Part shown: one piece after another, positions 58,486 through 64,000 of the stretch
Layout of the letters: the number at the start of each line of letters is the position of its first letter
Numbering within the stretch: the first letter of the stretch is position 1
Assembly: GCF_964204645.1 (NCBI RefSeq)
Contig: NC_134030.1
Span: 6,986,778 to 7,050,777, forward strand
DNA from: Tubulanus polymorphus
Lineage: Eukaryota > Animalia > Nemertea
DNA length: 64,000 bases
Direction: 5' to 3'
The notes under the pieces: generated by a model
Told to the model about the DNA's origin: nothing
The model's database searches: none
What the model saw: the letters and a program-made list of their open reading frames with translations, nothing else
Program-made: the position numbers and the translations under genes

Positions 58486-58892
58486 AGGCGCTTTTACGAA
58501 ACTGAATCTTTGTAAATCGATTTAAGTTTCACGTTTACGGCACGCGGTTTAGTGAATCCGATATGATAAATCAACTCGTTTATGGACGCGGTTTAGTAAA
58601 TTGATTTATTAAATCGACTAACTTGCTCGGCGAGCAAGTTAGTGGCGATTTAGTCAGTGAAATCCAACATGGCGTCCTCTTCGACCGCGGGCTAAAGACA
58701 TCTATTGCAGACCATCATCTATCAATAATTCGGTCACCATTGACGCCCATTTTCTTTCGAATCGCGACCTTTAGATTGATAAATTGATTCGACTCATTTA
58801 CGAAAAACGATTCGATTTACTAATCCTTACGTTTTCCAACATCGAATCGGATTTAGCTAAACCGAATCAGATTCAATTTCGTAAAAGCGCCT
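58486..58892. mobile_element. MITE (PIF/Harbinger-like)
   Basis: 24-bp TIRs aggcgcttttacgaaactgaatct / agattcaatttcgtaaaagcgcct; tat/tat flanks; internal palindrome ctaacttgctcg-g-cgagcaagttag. Confidence 0.82.
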
Positions 58893-60695
58893 TATAATTG
58901 AGCATTCTAGGGCTGGAGCAAGAAACGTGCGGGATCGTCCGCCAAGGTATCGCTAAGGAGTCAGTCCGTGGTGGCTTTTGAAAACGACGACCGCATATGA
59001 ATGCATTGATTGAATGACATCTCAAAAGTCAGATTATATAAAATTAAACATGATATGCGGATAGGTTCTTCCAATTAGGCCTATACTGGTAAAAATTAAA
59101 TGACCCAATATGTGATATAAATGTTCAATCAAAAAGTAGAAAGTGAATCCGTAATTCAGTATGGTAGGCCTATTGTTACAACATCAAACACTCAAATTCA
59201 ATCCTTTGTTAAATTGGAAGCCAGTGTAGATGAGCAAGTATCGTGGTCCCTGATTTTAGTTATCGTAATAATTCAAGCCACGCTATTACTTAATCTTTTT
59301 ACTAATCATAGAAAATTGTGGTGAAATATTTGACTCGACGGTTGCTTTAAGATTGTATCTCTCCAAGCCAGAGGTAATCACGGATATCGGACTACAAAAA
59401 AATTCCTTGTGTAAAGCTCAACTTTGTAAATTCCTGGAAAAGCTCGCCTCGGATATTTCAATAATGATTAAACATTAATTTTCCCAACGAAAAACCTAAA
59501 CAACCAATGTACGCTTGCTTGAAGTTTACCAATGCACTATCGTTGCTTTTTCTAGCTATTTGTACTGTTTGCCGCAAAAAGATTGCATCCTCTATTACAG
59601 GATTTAAGGATACAACTCTAAAACCAGTTAGTTTAAATTAACCATTATACAATATGATACATGACCAAATACACTCTTGATATGAAAAAGATCCAATATG
59701 TACACATTTCAAATCTCAAACCAAGTTTTATCATTAGAAAATAACGACACAACGTTCGATCGTTCACTAGAGATCATCTTTTTGAATTTGTACACAGCGA
59801 ATTTTCGTATCGTATTATGGTATTATCAATTCTCCGCATTTGAGTGTGACTATTCTACGAATACAAAGTTATTTTTAGCAATGAAGTTTTAATTGTCATT
59901 TTAAATGTTAACTATCCACTGGTATGTAAACTTACTAACTTTTGGCAACTGACCTCAAATCTTGGAATGGGCTCAGGTAGCCTGCTGATCCACTCTTTAT
60001 TAATACTTCTAACGAAATATTCAGTATAAGAAGTAAAAAGTATATTAGAGTACTATTTATCTGTATATCGCGATAATTCGTGTACGTATGATTGAAAAAC
60101 GATATTCTATCGAATCTCATGGTACTTATGATTATTGTGTATAAGATCAATAATTAGCAACCTTCCACGGATACGAAGCGGCCTAAGTTAACATCCTACC
60201 ATAATTTTCTCTAAACTCTCAGCATTATATCAAGATCGGTCTTAGAAAATATATGAAGGACGTGTTCACAGGTTAACGAGGCCAAAAATCTTCCTCAAAA
60301 TTTCAAATTTTTACGAGCAAAGATAATATACTTCATGCTTTTGGTGCAGAAATAATGGATGTCCACAAATTGCAAATTGTGTTTTCAAAGTAAACGATCC
60401 GAGTGTGGAATTGTTTCGAATTCAGGGTTCTCCCATTTACTCTCCGGTATTTTACAATGTTTCAATAAGATACGTAAGTCGCACTTTTGTTGTGATACAG
60501 CTTTCTCTATTGGTCAGCGTTGTGATCACTTAAAATTACCCATAAGTTTGAATTCTCACTGAACTACTACATCCCTTATAACAAATATATATTTCATATG
60601 AGGCGATTAACTTTGATGATCTGCGGTCAGTGGACAGCAGTTACGAAACATTCAAAACTACTACATTATCTTCCATCTATTCATTATTCATATAT

Positions 60696-60750
60696 ATGAT
60701 ATGATATGATATGATATGATATGATATGATATGATATGATATGATATAAT
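60696..60750. repeat. (ATATG)n microsatellite
   Basis: Pentanucleotide run. Confidence 0.95.
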
Positions 60751-61134
60751 ATCTCCTTTAGTTCAGTTTAAACGTCTTGAACGCAAAAGTTTGACAAGTT
60801 TCGCATAATGGTACCGATACGCACGTTCACGCGAGTGAAATGTGCACGTTACAGGCTCAAATGCGCACGTTACAATTACAAATCGAAACGTTGTTCGTTC
60901 AAAACCCGATGTGAAAATCTTTTGCATTTAGTGGGAAATTTCAAAGTTAGCTTGCTTCCTACAATAAAAATTGGACAAGACTTTTAAAACGACACATTTA
61001 ATAAGAGTAGTACTGAGGAAGGATTCAGGCAATACCCCGTGTTAATTCTAAAAACATTTAACCGGTAATTAGACAGTACTGGTGTAGCTTGTACAGGTAA
61101 AAGAGTTATTATATTTACGTTCAGACCGAATGAA

Positions 61135-61690
61135 ATTATTTGATACGAGACACGACTAAGTTGTGTCCGAAACAGATAAATATAGCTATGTGGTCAGTAT
61201 TGGTCAAGATTTGGTCACTTGAATAGTTGTTAGATGAAAGCCCACACCATTTCTAATTATTTGACACCAAACACGACTGTGTTGCTTCTAGAATAAACAA
61301 ATTACTTTAAGGTCAGTATTGGTAAAACATTGGTCAGTTAAATAGTTGTTAGATCATAGCCCGCACCGTATCTAGTAGCTCGACGCCCAAACACGATTTT
61401 ATTGCGTTACTAAACATATAAATTACATATGGTGGGTTCTAGTTAGTGGTAACTGGTCAGTACTGGTCAAGCATTGGTCAGTTAAACAATTTTTAGTTTA
61501 ATGTCCACTTTATATCTAGTTATTTGACACCAAATAACTTAATTGTTTGCAAAACAGATAATTTACTATATAGCCAGTACTGGTCATGCATTGGTCAGTT
61601 GATAGACCAAGGTCCACGCCACGAGTTATTTGATACTAAACATTATTGTGTCGTTTCGGAAAATTTATCTGTTGGGCAATTTGTGGTCAG
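61135..61690 (-). repeat. Diverged ~120-bp tandem array, inverted relative to 51684-52072
   Basis: Units with tatttgacaccaaacacg...tggtcagta(t/c)tggtcaa..attggtcagtt. Confidence 0.75.
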
Positions 61691-63385
61691 CCCTGGTTCG
61701 TTAGTTCTTATTTTGCGGGCATTTTATCTCGAACCACCGAAAGACTGAATTACTAATGAATTCAACAGATCATTAATTAATGGAAATGAAGATCAGTGTT
61801 AACTAAGTCCTTAGTCTGAATAAAATGTATGTGGTATTATATGGGTGCTATGGTGCTGTACACCGAACTGTAACTTTTTATTTTCACTACTACCGTAATT
61901 GACTATGATGTTTTCAAGTGGTCTTAAGTACCGCTAATAGCCGAAAGTCGTTGATTTATGTGAAATTTACACACAGCGCCACCCGTTGGTAGTAAAACTA
62001 ACCCGAGCAATACGGGTGTTAAATAGATACGCTAGCAAACCGGCATTCTCATAATGGTTAATTTTGAATGAGTGTGTAATGTCTTGTTTATTATTAGTTT
62101 TCCCGATTACTTCCCTCAGGATTTTCTAGGTGTCTTTTATGTTGCCGTTTGCCATTTTTAAGGATTTTTGGTGGTGAAGTTTTTGGAAAGTCTAATGATT
62201 GAGTTAAGTTTGTTTCTGTACGTTTTGAAGTTGTGTAGTTCGATAGCACGTAGGATTTCGGTATAGACTGGTTGCCTGAGACCGGTAACCAGTCTATCAG
62301 GATTCTTGACGCAAGACTTTCAGGGTCGAGTCCCATATTTCAAACGTCACTTGTCAGTGACTGGATGCAGTAGAGAAAGAATGAATCACCGAACAAAATA
62401 AATGATGGATGGTATCAGTGTAGGTATCATATTATCTCTTGAACATCAGCTTTTGTATGATATAGAAGAGTTGATCTATCTCCATGGTGCTATTTTTTAC
62501 ATTTGAAACCATCGTACTTTCGTTCAAACTTGAACGATTGTTATTTTAGTTGTAGAGATTAGATGCTCAATTCAATAAACTTTATTTACGCATACTCTCA
62601 GTTTAACAGGAAAATTTATGATGCTTTGTCATTAAGATAGCTACTCGTTTTTAATAAGAATTGATTTCTATTTGGACCTAGTTGGAAGAAGGGCAGCGCA
62701 GCGGCAGGTAGGCCCTATAGGCCTATAGAGGTAGTAATTATCGGAGCTCCCCAAATGAGTCTAATAAGGCTTCTTCAACAAGTTCAAGAAGCGTGAACTT
62801 TTTAGGACAATCCTTCTTCTTGAGCTTTCTCCATTCCAAATCCAATGAAATTATACTCTCCTGATGAGGGGCTTCGTGATTTCACTACACTTCAAACTAT
62901 ATACTGGTACATATATAAGCTTCGACTAAAATTTGCTGCGTCTTTTGTTAGTTCGCAAAATCGACACTATATATACTTGGAAATTTCTGTTTGGATGCAT
63001 TTTTTCGAAGATTTCTGAAAGAATACAAATGGGATTTCCCGAATCTCGTAGAAATCAAATAGGCCCTAAGCAGGGTTTTAATTAGACCCCCTAGATCCGT
63101 TAGACCTAGTGGTTATGTAGGCCTACTTAATTTTGACAAAATGTTCTAGCATCATTTTTAGGTTATTCCGTTTTCTACCGTTGTAATTGATTTTTAACGA
63201 GGCCTATTTGAATTTCGGTGTTCGTTCATGTATGAGTTTTTCTCGCTATTTCAGCGTTAGATTTTTGTACGAGCGTTTCTATCGCCCTGGATTGAATCGA
63301 AACGAAAAGGCATACCCGGTAGATTTACAACGGTCTACAAACCTACACAGCCTATAGACGCACCTGTTCTAGCTAGGCTACAAAT

Positions 63386-63514
63386 ATGGCTCTCCATCGC
63401 GTAGACATATTGGACAATATTGTCGGAGTGAGTGATATGATATTACTGGATCCACTAACAGAGTTAGCGGTCATCGACAACTTGAAGAAACGATTCTACA
63501 GTGACCAAATTTAT
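63386..63514 (+). CDS. Unconventional class I myosin (MYO1A/B-like), first coding exon; gene continues beyond window
   Basis: MALHRVDILDNIVGVSDMILLDPLTELAVIDNLKKRFYSDQIY|gtgagt matches the myosin-I motor N-terminus (GVxDMxLLxPL.E..I.NLKKRF...IY). Phase-0 donor. Confidence 0.88.
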
Positions 63515-64000
63515 GTGAGTAGTTTGTGTCTATTTTCTCAAATTTTGTCGTTATGTCTGTGGTAACTAGCGTATATCTGAATCTGTTCAATTTCTTTTAT
63601 GATAGGCGTATAGAATAGACTGGTATATATTATTTCAAAATTCAATGCAGGGAAGGATTCAAAGCAAGATCTGAGGGTCTTACCTAATTAATGAGAAAAG
63701 TCAATCAGGAGAAATACCTTTTTTTCTTTGTTTAATAGAAAGTTGAATAAATGGAGCACCCAAGATTTTGAATAAGTCTCATAAAGCCCCTGGAAATGCC
63801 CATGCAATATAGGCCCTATCACAATGGTCATATTTTCTTAGAGGCTGTCGTCATATTTTCAGAAGACAAGCTAAACTAAAACAGTTAGAATGAGTTGCCA
63901 AGGTTTTTGTGAAATTATGGGTTATGCTATCTTAAGCAAATTTGTAGGCCTATATTATAATAATTCATCAGAATTGGATAAAGAAACACCAACATTTTTG

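Noticed and set aside
62861-62900. CTGATGAG hammerhead-like core
   Set aside because: No stem II closing onto GAAA and no stem I/III partners.

Overview
AT-rich, intron-rich animal genomic DNA. It is most likely a marine invertebrate; a spiralian such as a nemertean is plausible but cannot be shown from this window. The left ~37 kb is gene-dense, and I reconstructed the gene models by hand from GT-AG boundaries and intron phases. In order: the 3' part of a 6x C2H2 zinc-finger gene; a MOGAT/DGAT2 acyltransferase; a 73-aa cystine-knot (ICK) toxin-like prepropeptide gene missing from the ORF track; a ~952-aa secreted protein with 4 LamG/ConA-like modules plus a C-type-lectin domain; a divergent class I/II PLP aminotransferase; SNX10/11; an AS3MT-like methyltransferase lacking one catalytic Cys; and a stand-alone secreted VWD-C8 protein. 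The right ~27 kb is repeat-rich. It holds an RTE-X-like fragment, two L2/Crack-group LINEs (one full-length with an RRM-like + CCHC + SGNH-esterase ORF1), MITEs, several minisatellites, an array of duplicated exon-intron units and two mutually inverted ~120-bp repeat arrays 10 kb apart. The first coding exon of a class I myosin lies at the far end. All identifications come from motif recognition, not database searches.
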